From assembly GCF_036321535.1 (NCBI RefSeq), contig NC_087436.1:5146001-5210000 (forward strand): a stretch of 64,000 bases of DNA, read 5' to 3'. The notes under the pieces are model-generated. The model was not told the origin of the DNA. It ran no database searches and worked only from the letters and a program-made list of their open reading frames with translations. Of the stretch, positions 1-13,208 are shown in pieces; positions within the stretch are counted from its first letter, which is position 1, and each line of letters begins with the position of its first letter. The position numbers were made by a program, and so were the translations under genes. The DNA is from Camelus dromedarius (taxonomy: Eukaryota).

Positions 1-25
1 TATTTTTTATGGCTGAGTATTATTC
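1..25 (-). mobile_element. LINE-1 ORF2 C-terminal fragment (element continues left of the window)
   Basis: tattttttatggctgagtattattc matches at 24/25 the reverse complement of the EYYSAIK-coding segment of the L1 at ~36318-36342. Confidence 0.65.
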
Positions 26-45
26 GTCCTTTGTATTTACTGAGC

Positions 46-779
46 TTAAATCTCAGGAAGAAGAAAGGAACAAAGAGGAAATACCAAGTCAACTGCAAAG
101 ATAAGTTCAAAATGGCAATAAGCACACATCTATCATTAATTACTGTAAATGTTAATGGACTAAATGCTCCAGTCAAAAGACACAGAGTGGCAGACTGGAT
201 AATAAAGCAAGAACCTTCAATATGCTGCATACGAGAGACCCACTTTAGGGAGAAGGACACATATAGATTGAGAGTGAAAGGGTGGAAAAGGATATTCCAT
301 GCAAATGGAAAAGCCAGAAAAGCAGGTGTTGCAGTACTGATTTCAGACAAAATAGGCTTTAAAGCAAAGGCCATAAAGAAGGACATTTTATAATGATTAA
401 AGGAGTGATACAAGATGAGGATATTACATTCGTTAATACATATGCATCCTATATAGGAGCACCTAAGTACATAAAACAATTACTAACAGAGATAAAGGGG
501 GATATTGATGAGAATACAATCATAGTTGGAGATTTTAACACTGCATTAACATCACTAGACAGATCTGCCAGACAGAAAATAAATAAGGCAACAGAGAAAT
601 TAAATACTACAATAGAAAAATTAGATTTGGTGGATATTTTCAGAACATTACACCCCCCAGAAATAGGATATACATTCTTTTCAAGTGCACATGAAACATT
701 TTCTAGGATTGATCATGTACTTGGGCACAAAAGAAACCTCAACAATTTTAAGAAGATAGAAATTATCTCAAGCACCTTT
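46..779 (+). mobile_element. LINE-1 fragment: inter-ORF spacer plus ORF2 APE endonuclease domain, frameshifted
   Basis: ATG at 112 opens MAISTHLSLITVNVNGLNAPVKRHRVADWI...; after a frameshift near 385 come the IIVGDFNT and YTFFSSAH..FSRIDHVLGHK motifs; homology ends at KKIEIISS. Confidence 0.95.
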
Positions 780-3189
780 ACTGTCCCTTCATCCTTTAAA
801 CATTTATTTGCGTTCTGAGAGAGGCTGTGTTCCGACAGCCCTGGGCTCTCAGATGTGATGGAGCTACCCATCTGCAGGCAGCGTGCACACACCACGGGTG
901 ACACTTAGCGGACCCTCCTGATACAGTATCTTCTCTAACAGGCTCTTTAATACAGCAAGATTAAAGTCCCATGAGACCAGACTCCACACGATCCTGTCAC
1001 AGGAAGCCGGGACAGCATCGGCTGACTTGGGCAGGCGCTCAGTGAACAGGAGGGAGTAAATGCACGCACGCATCAATTCCTGTCATCCACAACACAAAGG
1101 AGGAAGCGCTCAAGTCCTATCCTCACCCACGGCACACGGAGGCTTGGGGAGGGTGGGTCACCTGCTCGCAGTCAGGTTGCTGCTAAGCACCTCAGTTACA
1201 TGTAAACCCACATTGGACTCAGTCCCACGTCTTTTCCATTTTACTGCCCTAAAGCCACTGCCAATGCACTAAAATTCTGCATTTGCTTGGGCAGGAGTGG
1301 GACAGGCAGCACTTTACAGGCATGTCCCTGTGTATTCGAAGCATGCCTGAAAACTGGAACAATCTTGGGTGCACTTGAGCCGAGAGCTACGTGGGCATCG
1401 GAAACACAGAAGAGACGCAGAAAGGGTGGCTGCACACACTGCACAGTTCAGACCACAGCTTCTGACATGATTTAACGTTCACAAGGAGTAACAGATTCCC
1501 TGGGCTTTCTAAGGGTTTGGGGTCAATGCCTAGGTCCTAGCCACAAACCTTTATCTTTTCTACTCAAAAAAGCAAATCTAAATGTAAATGAGATTGTGGT
1601 TGTTATAGAAAACCTTTGGTATCTTAGCTATCAATTATTACAAAGGAAAAAAATCAAACATGTTAAAAATTAGATGATTTAAAAACCAACTAGAGATTTG
1701 TCTGTTTCAGAGCATACACGCAAACATAGAAAAAAAGCAAAGTGACAGGTAAAATATGGTTCATGTGGTCATACTATGTGCTGGTGGAGGAGCCCACCAA
1801 ATAAAGCCCACGTGAATATTCCTTCCTTGTTGAAACGTATTCAAATGCTATGGAACGAAATCATCACACTCTAAGGCCGATTATTGCCTTTCTTCAAAAT
1901 AAATGTTAGGCATCCTTTCCATAGACAGAAGGCAGTTCTGTCTTAATTGCTACCCATGTTACTAAGGAGTTTAAAAAAAATCCCTCTTCATCTGATAAGA
2001 GTTATTAGTCATTCATCATAACTTCATGGTGTATCCAAAAACATCTCTGTGAAGAATCGTTGTTATATTGTTATTGATGTTATAAAGGTATGAGTATCTT
2101 TTTTTCCAAAAAGTTCAGAGTATTCCCATAAATATAAAGTTCTACAACTTATGGTACCAAATCACTCCCTATCAGCAGGTATGTAATAGTTTTGCCATTA
2201 TGTTAAGAAATACGCCATGTAATAGACATATTCCCCTCCATTAAATAAACTGGATTGCTACAATAAAAATGTAAGTGTGTATCAGAAATGCCAGTAAAAA
2301 TCCTTAAATTACAATCAAGATTTAAAACCAGGTGATTCATAATCCTACTTGGATTTTCTCTTGTATAATTAACTGTGATGCCTCACCTACCTGCTTTATG
2401 ATCTTTTCCCTGACCAAATTAGTTAAGTTATTGACAAATCTACCCCTCATTTTTCATCTATGAAAGTATATGGCTATCTGTATATGTATAGATTTATATA
2501 TTTCATACACATAAATACTAAGATTGACAAAATCGAGGGTCAGTTTCATTTGATGGGTGCATCAGAATTAAAATTGGTCATTCCCTTGGGTCATTTTGGT
2601 TTGCCCTAAGAGCTGTGTGGCCCATAACACCAAATGAGCAAACACTGGCCCCCAGAGCTTTCCTCAGAGCCCAAGCAAGTCTGATTCCTTCATCTTGGGC
2701 TGTTTGCTGACTAGCCAGGGTAGCCATGAAAGTTAAAAAAGACCACTCTCAGCCTGTTACTGGAGAGAATTTGACACCATCCACCCAAGCAGACTTGCAC
2801 TCTACCCTGGGGACAAGACTGTGACATGACCTCTGCATCGTCACCTACCTGCATCTCCCTTGATCTCAGCCTCTGGAAAAGTCAATCCCAGTCAAGCCCG
2901 AACAGTTGGTGACAACCTTCTGGGTCTTTGTGTGCTCACCAGGGAGAGACCTCAACATCCCACACTCTGGAAACCAGCAAACAGAAGCCAGTACAATTCT
3001 ACTCCCAGGGAACGCCGATTTCCCTGGACAAATTTATAAATCACTGCTAGAATGGTTCATTACAGCCTGGGGGTCCTTTATGGCCAATCCAAACTGACAT
3101 GCATTCATTTAATTTCGAGCACTGCAGAGAATGAACTGTTACCTGAAGAGAACACCTCAAGACGACACACAAAATTATGGTGATGGACA

Positions 3190-3415
3190 GATGTCAGCCC
3201 AGTCCCTGCTCTGCTTCTCACTGGCTGTTCCACCTTCATATGGCCACCATGAGTCTCCATTTCCTCATCTTCAAAGTGGGGCTATCCTAGTCTCAAGCTC
3301 GATGCCAACTTCATGAGGTTCTTTTTGGTGATTAAACAAGAAAATGGAACTAAAGACAGAACTTAACAGTAACTGGCACACAGAGGAATGGCTTGATATA
3401 TATTGTCTATTATTT
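3190..3415 (+). mobile_element. MIR SINE
   Basis: tttcctcatcttcaaagtgggg...ctggcacacagagg...ctattatt resembles the MIR core and 3' end. Confidence 0.7.
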
Positions 3416-3432
3416 TTATCTCTCCTAACACA

Positions 3433-3988
3433 AATGTAAAAATAGGCTCACCATATGATCCAGCAATCCCACTCCTGGGCATATATCCAGAGAAAACTCT
3501 AAATCAAAAAGACACCTGCACCCCAATGTTCATAGTAGCACCATTTACAATAGCCAAGACATGGAAACAATCTAAATATCCATTGATAGATGACTGGATA
3601 AAGAAGTTGTGGTATATTTATACAATGGAATACTACTAAGCCATAAAAAAGAGTGAGATAATGCTATCTGCAGCAACATGGATAGACCTGGAGATTATCA
3701 TACTATGTAAGTCAGACAGAGAAAGACAAATACCATATGATATCACTTCTATGTAGATTCTAAAAAAAATGATACAAATTCTATTTAAGAACTAAAAACA
3801 AACTCACGGACATAGAAAACAAACTATGGTTACCAAAGAGGATAGGGTGGGGAGGGATAAACTAGGTGTTTGGGATTAGCAGATACAAACTACTATATAT
3901 AAATTAGATAAACAAGGACCTACTGTATAGCACAGGGAACTATATTCAATTTCTCATAATAACATAAAATGGAAAAGAATGTGAAAAG

Positions 3989-4043
<55 letters not shown>

Positions 4044-4120
4044 GTATAACTGAATCTCTTTGCTGTACACCCGACACTAACATTGTAAATCAACTATGCT
4101 TGCCTTAAAATTTTGAAAAA
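3433..4120 (+). mobile_element. 5'-truncated LINE-1 3' end with internal (TA)n
   Basis: Translates PYDPAIPLLGIYP...[20 protein letters not shown], followed by L1 3' UTR; (TA)n at ~3992-4032. Confidence 0.93.
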
Positions 4121-4134
4121 ATTTGCCGTGTTGA

Positions 4135-4440
4135 AATTAACAAATATGCATTGATCATCACTATGTGTTAGACATTATCCCAAGTCTGTGGTACATTAGG
4201 GACCACAGCAGACAAAGATCCCTGCCCTTTCCAGTCATGGGAAACTGAAGACATACAATAAACATAATAAATTAATGACACTATGGAGTTTTAGCAGGTG
4301 AACAGCAGAATGAAAAAAAAAATCACAGAGGCGAGTCAGGATGACTAGGAGCGGGTGGTGAGACTGACTGTGGGGTGGGCAAGGGGAACCTATAAAGTAA
4401 GATCTGGTTTGTTGAGTCCCTCAGAGAGTTTAAGAATTGT
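4135..4440 (-). mobile_element. L2 LINE 3' fragment
   Basis: ttaacaaatatgcattgatcatcactatgtg...gacaaagatccctgccct resembles the reverse-complemented L2 3' end. Confidence 0.6.
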
Positions 4441-7109
4441 CCAAATTCTACTTTTTTTTTTTTTTTTGCTTTGTAAACAGCCTGAGTGAAAATAAAAAAT
4501 CATTTGTCCGTGTATGTTTTTCAAAATCAGAAGGTTCACCATATGCCATCTTCCCTCCTTCAAAATTGCTGACTCGACAAGTGCAGAGTCAAATGTTGAC
4601 ACCACATCATATCATCATCGCTAATATTCTGTAGAAATCACAGAAAGGCTATCTGGGACTGTCATGACTTTTCACACATACTGCTCCTGTCCAGAACTCG
4701 AGCTGCTTTCTATCAGGGTTGTGAGAGCTCTGGAATATTCACCTGGCAGACAGAGCCCGCCTGCTTTCAACGAAGAAAAAACATTGCCCTCTCTGGGTTC
4801 CAGAAAGTCTATGGAAACCTACATCTTACACCAATAAAAACCAGGCAGGAGCATATGAAACATTTTTCCAATTATTTTGTTTCTGAAAAATTACTTTCCA
4901 CAGGTTAAATCTCAGGGGTTTTTGATACTGCAGTTTCGATAGCTCTTTAAACTTTTAATTGGTTCACGGCCCTGTTCTGGAATAAAAAACAAACTTGAGC
5001 AAGACTTCCTGACAGTTTTTAAAATATCTTTTTTGTGGGGAGGAGGAGGATTCCTTAGGTAATACAAGTTACTCCTTTGGATTCTGAAATCAAAAGAATC
5101 ACAAAGAACCCGACAGAGGATTATTTTGAAAATGGATATCTGCTTCAGGTGAGCCTAGACAAATGCGGGGAACTATACAATTACCTTTTTAGAAGGAAAA
5201 AAATGCATGGATCTACTGTATTTTTCTTCTTTTTTGTTTGATCACTTACCTCCTGCCGTGCCTCCTACTGAGAGCACTCGTGATTCTGTGGAATAAAATT
5301 TAAACAACTTTCCACTGGAAACACTAGCTTTTCTCATCCAAGCAAATATTTTAAAAGCCCGATCTTTATATTTACCTTCAGAGAAAACCCTCTAGCAATT
5401 ACTGCATGTTAAAAATCTTTTTAATTAAATGCCTGAATCATAATTTTTGTTTTACTTTCATTAGTAATATGAATACAAAGCATTTTCTGTGTAATTATGT
5501 AAGAGTAAAAGAAAATATATAACCATCCCAACACAAACTGAATTTCCATGGAAATACTTCCCTCTGAACATGATGTTGGGTCAGAAATATCAATTAAAAG
5601 TTTTATTCATTTGCACAAGCTCTGACATTTTGAATTTTCACAACATACATTTACCAGGAGTGACTCTTTTGGAAAAACAGTTCTTCACTTTTTTATACCA
5701 CGTTCTCCAGCAACTTTTCTAATTACTCTTTCATTTTCTTTTTGCTTGCACCCTCTTTTATCCTCAGCCCCAATATGAAGCACAACTTAGAAGAAATATA
5801 AACATGCGTATACACAAACACACACACACTGCTACCTTGATTTCTTGGATGACAATTTTGGAGAAAGTACTGATATATATTAAAAAATGAAAGGATGATA
5901 TGTTTCAGTCCTAAAAATATGCATTTGCAAGAATGGTTGGATACAGTGTCAGAAAAAAAATAGCATGTGTAACCCTAGGAGGTTGGGTTAATGGATCGGA
6001 GCGCCACCAAAGCATTCTTGAGGTTTCCATAGCTCTGGGTTTTGCAACCTTTTGGGGATTTCTCCAATTCTCCTGTGACCTACAAATACCAACTTAAGAA
6101 TAATTGTTCCTAAACATTCCACACAGCCAATAAGGTCAGAAATACCAGGATAAGTTTCTAGAAACAAAGTTTCCAAGTCAAATTCCACTCATCTCTAAAG
6201 AGATCATTGGTCAAATTTTAACTCCAGGATTTACGAGGAGATCCTATTTCTTTTTGAAAATGTGCACTTCTGCAGTAATCTTTAGTCTGCCATTCTGAAT
6301 GGTTCTTTTCAAAACAATGCATCATTTAGAAATGCTGGTTGGGTGGCTGGAAGGTTGTTCAGAAAGCAGCTGGTCACATGCAACCACCCCTGTGAATTTG
6401 GTACACATGTGTGTGCAAGTCATCCATACAGGCGTCCAGATCTTTAGGATAGAAAGAGGGGGAGTGATAGAGGTGCTCTCTTTCCTTGTCCCAGAACAGA
6501 CTGTCCTCATCCTTCAAAACTTGTATGAGTCCCTTAATTAACGATTCTCAAGGAATTTTATTGGAGAATTCCACCAACGAGGAGCCAACATATCTCTATT
6601 TTAATCACAAATCCCTAGCCTAGAAAAACCCTCGGGAAGTTATATGGGATAAGAGGATCACATTTTTTATCAGTATGTTCTCACATTCACACATAAAGCT
6701 GTCCAAAAGCCTGCTCAGTTCAGTTTCCACAGAGCAGAACCTGTTAATTGGATCTGCCTATGTTTTCCAACACACAACATCCTGCAGCACTAAGCACCTG
6801 ATATAAACACTCCCTATCGAGACTCCTCATAAACCCTGAATTTGTTTTCTTCCTTGAAGTCAGCTGGTGAATTTAGATGGCCTAAATACTAAAAATAAAC
6901 TTAGTGTTTAATTCTTTACTGGCATAATCCAGTCCCGCATGTAGAGTTTAATAACGATCATCCATTTTATAATCTTCCCCAAAAGACTAGCTCAGTGTTC
7001 ATGTAGAAAGTAGAAAGAGAGGTATTGCAGAACAGTGATTTCGCAATCTCAGATATTAACTTCGAGAAGTGAGTTCATTTTCTCTCTACAGGCTTTGAAC
7101 TTGGCTGTT

Positions 7110-8250
7110 TTAACTTTAATGCATAGTGAAATAAGCGTGTATACAAGAAAGAATGCAAATCTTAAATGTATACTTTGGTGAATATTGACAGGGTTATCTC
7201 ACACACACACACACACACACACACATACCACCCAGATCACGATAAATAACGTTGCCAGCTCCCCAGAGACCTTACTATGTCACCATGGAATCATGACCCC
7301 ACATTCAACGGAACCGCCATGTTTACTTGCGTCACCAGAGATTCGTTTTGCCTGTTTTTGAGCTTCATATGAATGGTGTCATGTATTTTGTGCTCTGAAG
7401 TATTTAGCTTCTTGCCCCTGCTAGGCCTGTGAGATTCATTCATGTCCTGTGCAGCAGCAGTTTGCTCTCTTTTGTTATTGTATAGTATTGTGTTATATGA
7501 GCTGTTTTAATTATGAATTCATTTTCTTTAAAAATATAGGAGCACTGAGATTTTATGATTTGGCTTGCGTCAAGTTTTATACATTGTTTATTTCAAGATT
7601 TGTCCATTTCAACTTAGTGGCTTTTGCTTATTATCTTTACCAGTCTATGAATCTAAAGTAATACCTTTTTGTTCTTCACACTCGTAATGTGTGCTTGTTT
7701 GCTGCCTTTTTTCCTTCATGCTTTATATTGCTAGAGGGTTCATCAACTTTATAAATCTTTCCAAATAATCAAATTTTGATGTGTTGGAGTTTTTTTCTAT
7801 TTGTTTCATTTGGTGTTGTTTGGTTTCTGCTCCTTTTTATTTCTTTTCTCTTAGGATTTTTAGCTTTAATTTGCTATGGTTTCTGTTGGATCTTGAGAAA
7901 GATGCTTAGATATTTGTTTTTTTTTTTAATTTCTCTTTTATAAATATGTGCTTTAATTTTGTGATTTTCCTCTCCGTCTTTGTTTAGCTGCCTTCCACAA
8001 GTTTTAAGATTTTTAACTAAATGAAAATTACATATTGTCCTACAACTATTGTGATTCACCTTTGACTTAGGGTTAATTTAGAAAAGTACATTTTAATTTT
8101 CAGACATTTTGCAGATTATCTATTTTTTAACTTTGTTGTTGATTTCTAGATTAGTTCATCTATGGCCAAAGAATATCCTATGAATATATTCAAACTTTTG
8201 AATTTTGCAATGATTTGCTTTCAGGTACAAACTATGGTCTGTTTCAGCTA
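7110..8250 (-). mobile_element. Ancient L1 (L1M-type) fragments with (CA)n
   Basis: Reverse-complemented old L1 3' end (tgcaaatcttaaatgtatac...ccacccagatcacgata) followed by T-rich degenerate ORF2-like sequence; (CA)n at ~7200-7224. Confidence 0.6.
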
Positions 8251-8269
8251 ACACCAGTGGGAGACAGCA

Positions 8270-8735
8270 GGTCTTTGTGAGTTTTGTGTTTCTACACTTT
8301 TTCAGAGCAGAGGCCCTGACTCTCCTTACTCTGGACTATATTTGGAAGAATGTCGGTACAGAGATCATCTCTGGGAGATAAAGATAGTATCTCTCATGAG
8401 AACAAAAGACAGGTTTTCTTACACACCAGGAAGACTGTCTCTCTCTAAAACACTAGGCAGGCATGCCTACTATCCAGTGTAAAAAGGTCAAGTTTCTAAG
8501 CCCCTTCATCTTCTTCTGCAACACGACTCACTGCACGTGCAGACATGACCGGGCCTTCTTCAAGTCATCCTGAAGAACCGCAGTTCAGGGAACAGGCACG
8601 GAGTATGCTTACGCTTGTGCGGCATGCCAAAATGTGAATGATAAAACCCGGTGTTTCTGAGTCAGAAATCTCACACCTTCTGCCAGCCTTCATGAATCAC
8701 AGCACACTAACATTTTAGGTTAAAAATGGATAAAA
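8270..8735 (+). mobile_element. Ancient solo LTR (ERVL class, MER74/MER54-like)
   Basis: U5-like segment tctgagtcagaaatctcacaccttctgccagccttcatgaa...ctaacattttag resembles remembered MER74-group LTR ends. Confidence 0.5.
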
Positions 8736-8737
8736 TC

Positions 8738-11575
8738 GGGATGAAGTCAATGAGATGGTAGAATAGGAAGTTCTAGACCTTCCTTTCTCCAGGAGCCCTG
8801 ACTTAAAACCAATACACAGACCAGTTTCATTTGTGGGGATCCAGAAACTAGTTAAGAGACTCCTGCAGCCCAGGTCGTTGCCCAACCAGCCACATCAAAG
8901 CTGGTGGGAAATTCATGGCACTCACTTGCCATGTTCCCACCCCACAGCTCAGTGCTGTGTTTGGGAAGGGACTCCTAGTTCCCAGCTTCTCTCTGGGGAG
9001 AGAAAGAGAAAAGTGAAATGTATGTCCCACATTCTCGGGTGCTTGCCCAAGGGACTGATTTCTGTCTTCCCTGTCTTGGAGTGCTAATGGGACCAGCACA
9101 CTCTGGATGCATGTGTGGAGCTGTGAAAAGGAGGGTTGGGTGTCATGCTCCTGGTCCAGAGGACCCACAGTTAGCAGATGGAAGCCAGCACAGCTTGGCA
9201 GCCTCTCCCTCAGGAGGTAAAATGGCAGTTCTAAGTCCTTCAGTATCAAAAATGATTTTAGGTGTAAATGGTTTAAACTCCCCAATCATAGACATAGATT
9301 GGCTGAATGGATTTAAAAAAGCAACAGTGAGATACGATTATATGTTGTCTACAAGAAGTATACTTTAGATTGAAGGGCAAACACAGGCTGAGTGTTAAAG
9401 GTTGGAAAAAGGCATTCCATGAAAATGCTACATGGTAACCAAAAAAATAGTATAGGTGGTCATATCATATCAGACAAAATAGATTTTAAGCCAAAAACTG
9501 TCAGAAGAGATAAAGATGACCATTGTACAATTATAAAGGTGTAAAATCATCAGGAAGAGCGATCATTTATAAATATATATTCAGTCAATATCAGGGTATC
9601 AATATACGAAGCAAACATTGACATAACTGAAAGGAGAAATAGACAATAAAGCAACAAGAGAAGGAAATTTCAATACTTCACTTTCAATAGTGGGTAGAAA
9701 ATCCAGACAGATGATCAATAAGGGAACAGGACTGAATGACATGATGGACCATATGGACTTAGCAGATACGTATAGAGCATTCCCAACAGCAGCAGAACAC
9801 ATTCTTCTCAAACACACAGAGGGCAGATCGCATGTCAGGTCACAGAGAAAGTCCTAACAAATTTAAGGATATTCAAGTCATACCAGGTATCTTTTCTGAC
9901 CAAAATGGAATAAAACTAGAAATAAACAGAAGAAAGATAACTGGAGAATTAACAAATGGTGGAAATTAAACAACAAAACTATTGAACAACAAATGGATCA
10001 AAGGATAAATTATCCAGTAAATTTGAAAATACATTGAGACAAAAAAAAAAAAAAAAGAGAGAGAGAGAAAACAAAATACCAAAATTAATTTATAGGATGC
10101 AGCAGAGCAATACTAAGAGGAAAGTTTATAGTGACAAGCAATTACATTAAAAAAGAAAAATAATCTCAAAAAAGAATGACTTAGTTAATTTTACATCTCA
10201 AAAAGTAAAGAAGAACAAGGAAAAAGTTACCAGAATAAAGGAAATAATAGATTATAACAGAAATAAATAAAATCAAGAATTGAAAAACAATAGAAAAATC
10301 AACAAAATTGAGGGGTTTTTTTGAAAAGATCACAAAATTTGTTAGACTTTCAGTTAGACCAAGAAAGAAAGAAAGGAGAGTTAAACAAAATGAGAAATCA
10401 AAGAAGAGACAATAACTGATACCACAGAAATAAAAGGGATCATATGCCACAAACTGGATAATCTAGAAGAAGCATAAATTGCTAGGAACATGCAATCTAC
10501 CAAGACTGAAACGTGAAGGAATGGAAAGTCTGAACAGACCTATTACTAGCATGGTGATTGACTTAGTGATCAAAAACCTCCCAAAAACAATAACAAAAAA
10601 GCACAGGACCAGTTGGAGTCACTGGAGAATTTTACCAAACATTTAAAGATTTAATGGCAATCCTTCTAAAACTCTTCCAGAAAATTGAAGAGGAGGAACA
10701 TTTCCAAACTTACTCTATAGGGTCAGAATTACCCTGATATCAAAGCCAGACAAAAACATTACAAGGAGAAAAAAAAATCAAAAAACCTACAGGGAAATAT
10801 CACTGATGAATATAGATGCAAAAATCCTCGACAAAATACTAGCAAACTGAATTCAATAGCACATTAAGAGGATCAGACATCAAGGCCAAGTGGGATTTAT
10901 TGTCGGAATAACAAAACAGTTCAATATATGAAAATCACTCAATGCAACACACCACATTAACAGAAAAAGAGTAAAAATCACATGATCATCTCAATGGAAT
11001 AGAAAAAACATTTGACAAAATTCAACACCCTTTCATGATAAAAACACTCAGCAAATTAGGAATAGAAGGAAATTACCTCAATATAATAAAGACCATCTAT
11101 TAACAGCCCACAATTGGCATCATACTTAATGGTGAAAAGCTGAAAGCTTTTCCTCTAAGATCAGAAATAAGGCAAGAGTGACCCCTCTTACTACTTCTAT
11201 TCAACACAGTATTGGAAGTCCTAGACAGAGCAATTAGGCAAGAAAAAGAAATAAAAACCTTCCATATTGAAAAGGAAGAAGTAAAATTATCTCTTTGCAG
11301 ATGGCATATTTTAGTAGAAAACCTTGAAGATTGCATTTTCTGAAAGTCATTAGAACCAATAAATTGATTCAGCAAAGCTACAGGACAGAAAATCAATATA
11401 GAAAAACCAGTTATTGTTCAACCAGTATGCAATTTTAGTGATAAAGGATGAATAAATTCTAGAGAGCTTCTGTACAACACTGTACCTCTAATGAACAATA
11501 CTATATTCTAAACATAGACATCTGTTAAGAAGACATCTCATGGTAAGTGTTCTTACCACTAAATAAATAAATAAT
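8738..11575 (+). mobile_element. Old LINE-1 (L1MA/L1MB-like) with 5' UTR, ORF2 EN-RT and 3' end; ORF1 and distal ORF2 missing
   Basis: L1-like 5' start (gagatggtagaataggaag); ORF2 start at ~9222 (MAVLSPSVSKMILGVNGLNSPI); degenerate RT to ~11415 (NGEKLKAFPLRS, tttgcagat); then a 3' terminus ending ctcatggtaagtgttcttaccac plus A-rich tail. Confidence 0.88.
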
Positions 11576-12175
11576 TTTTAAATTGTCTAATAAATGAAAG
11601 TATTTTAATTTTCCCTCTGTTGGGAGTTGGGTGGGTAACACAAGCAGAAAGTGTAGAGAAGAAGTTCTGCCTTTGTGTTGTTTGAATCTCAATACATTTG
11701 AGTCCTTAAATTTCTTAATCAAACAATGGAATGGTGTGATTTAGAATTCACTTTTAATTTTGAAAAATTTTTTTTTCTGAGACTAGGAATAATGGAATAA
11801 GCAAGGGCTTTGGGAGGGAGGTCCTCAAAATCTTTTGCTTGTATGATTGCGTTGGGGGGTCTTTTTCAAATATTTTTCAATTGTTTGGAAACAGATGTGT
11901 CTTCTGTACCTGATTTTTTAAATGAAATGTCTATGGCAACTCTCATGAAAACAAAGTAGAGAGCTCCTGGGAAGCATGACAGCACTGCCAGTATAGAGCA
12001 GGCTCTTTCATTATTAAAATGTGTCTACTATTAAAGTTTCCAGGCACATAGACAGCACAGAATCACTAACAAATCCCAAAAATGGCAAAGTCACACCCAT
12101 TTCCTCCACGTCCCCATGCCACTGTGGAAAGCCCAACAAATCTGCATTGTGTCTAGTCTGCTTCTGTAAACTCTT

Positions 12176-12290
12176 TCTTGGGGGGTGGGGGTAGTTAGGT
12201 TTATTTATTTTAATGGAGGGACTGGGGATTGAGCCCAGGACCCCATGCATGCTAAGCACACACTCTACCACTGAGCTATACCCTTCCCCC
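12176..12290 (-). mobile_element. Camelid tRNA-derived SINE (Vic-1 type)
   Basis: Minus strand reads ggggaagggtatagctcagtggtagag...gggctcaatccccag..ccattaaaataaataaacctaacta: Pol III A and B boxes plus tail. Confidence 0.9.
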
Positions 12291-12864
12291 TTCATAAGCT
12301 CTATTGTGCACTAGAAATTTGTTAGTAGCTAAAGAAGGGGACTCTCAAGTACTGGGAAGACAATCCCTGTTTTAATTTAAATTCTACAGTTCAGCGGTAG
12401 CCACTTTAATCAGGGTCTGATACCAGCTGGATACATCACTGTAGATCCTGGTCATCGTAAATACATTCTCTCTGAGGGTAATACAAACAAAAGACAACCA
12501 ACAAGATGAGATTCACAGTAGATTAGGGAACTGCAAACTAAAAAGTTACAAAGTTAAAATTCAGTTCTTAGAAACTCCCTGAAACAGAAAAGACTTATTT
12601 GCAATTTTAAGGAGCAAATGACTTCCATATACATCAAAATTCATCTTCTATGACAAGTGTTCTCTTTAATTTCTAACACGCTCTCACATGCGCAAGCTCT
12701 GTTCACTCCAAACAACATTTTTTGTTCCCCTTTGATTGCTACTTCACCTTTATATTTTGCTTCTATTAAAAAGTTCCTCTTACTAGTCACCTGGTAGTGA
12801 CTCTAAGAAGTCTGTTAGATCACTCACCTAGAATAATTCACACAGAAGAAATGGCTTCTAAATT

Positions 12865-13082
12865 AAATTTGCAGATACGCACTACTATACATAAAATAGA
12901 TAAACAACAAATACCTGCTGTACAGCACAGGGAAGTATATTCAATGCCTTGTAATAATCTATAATGAAAAAGAATACGAAAAGGAATATACATATATGTA
13001 TAACTGAATCACTATGCTGTACACCAGAAATTAACACAACATTGTAAATCAACTATACTTCAATAAAAAATAAATAAAAAAT
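12865..13082 (+). mobile_element. Short LINE-1 3' UTR insertion
   Basis: Same 3' UTR as other L1 copies in the window (ctgtacagcacagggaagtatattcaa...aactatacttcaataaaaaa). Confidence 0.9.
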
Positions 13083-13208
13083 ACTTGAAATTGCTTCATT
13101 TTTCAGTACGTTTTTTGCGTGTGCAGCAGAAGGGCATTGCATAGAAAACATATATATATTAGGACAATTAGAAGTGATCCTGACCTTAGAAAATCTGTAA
13201 CTAACCTG

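Noticed and set aside
5988..6541. Cluster of short ORFs as a coding exon or processed pseudogene
   Set aside because: Hand translation gave no recognisable protein, and there is no poly(A) or TSD.
12176..12290. tRNA genes suggested by A/B boxes
   Set aside because: All copies have SINE tails, most have TSDs, and none shows an intact acceptor stem; they are tRNA-derived SINEs.
12411..12450. Imperfect hairpin as a miRNA precursor
   Set aside because: Only about 40 nt with bulges; too short and not recognised.
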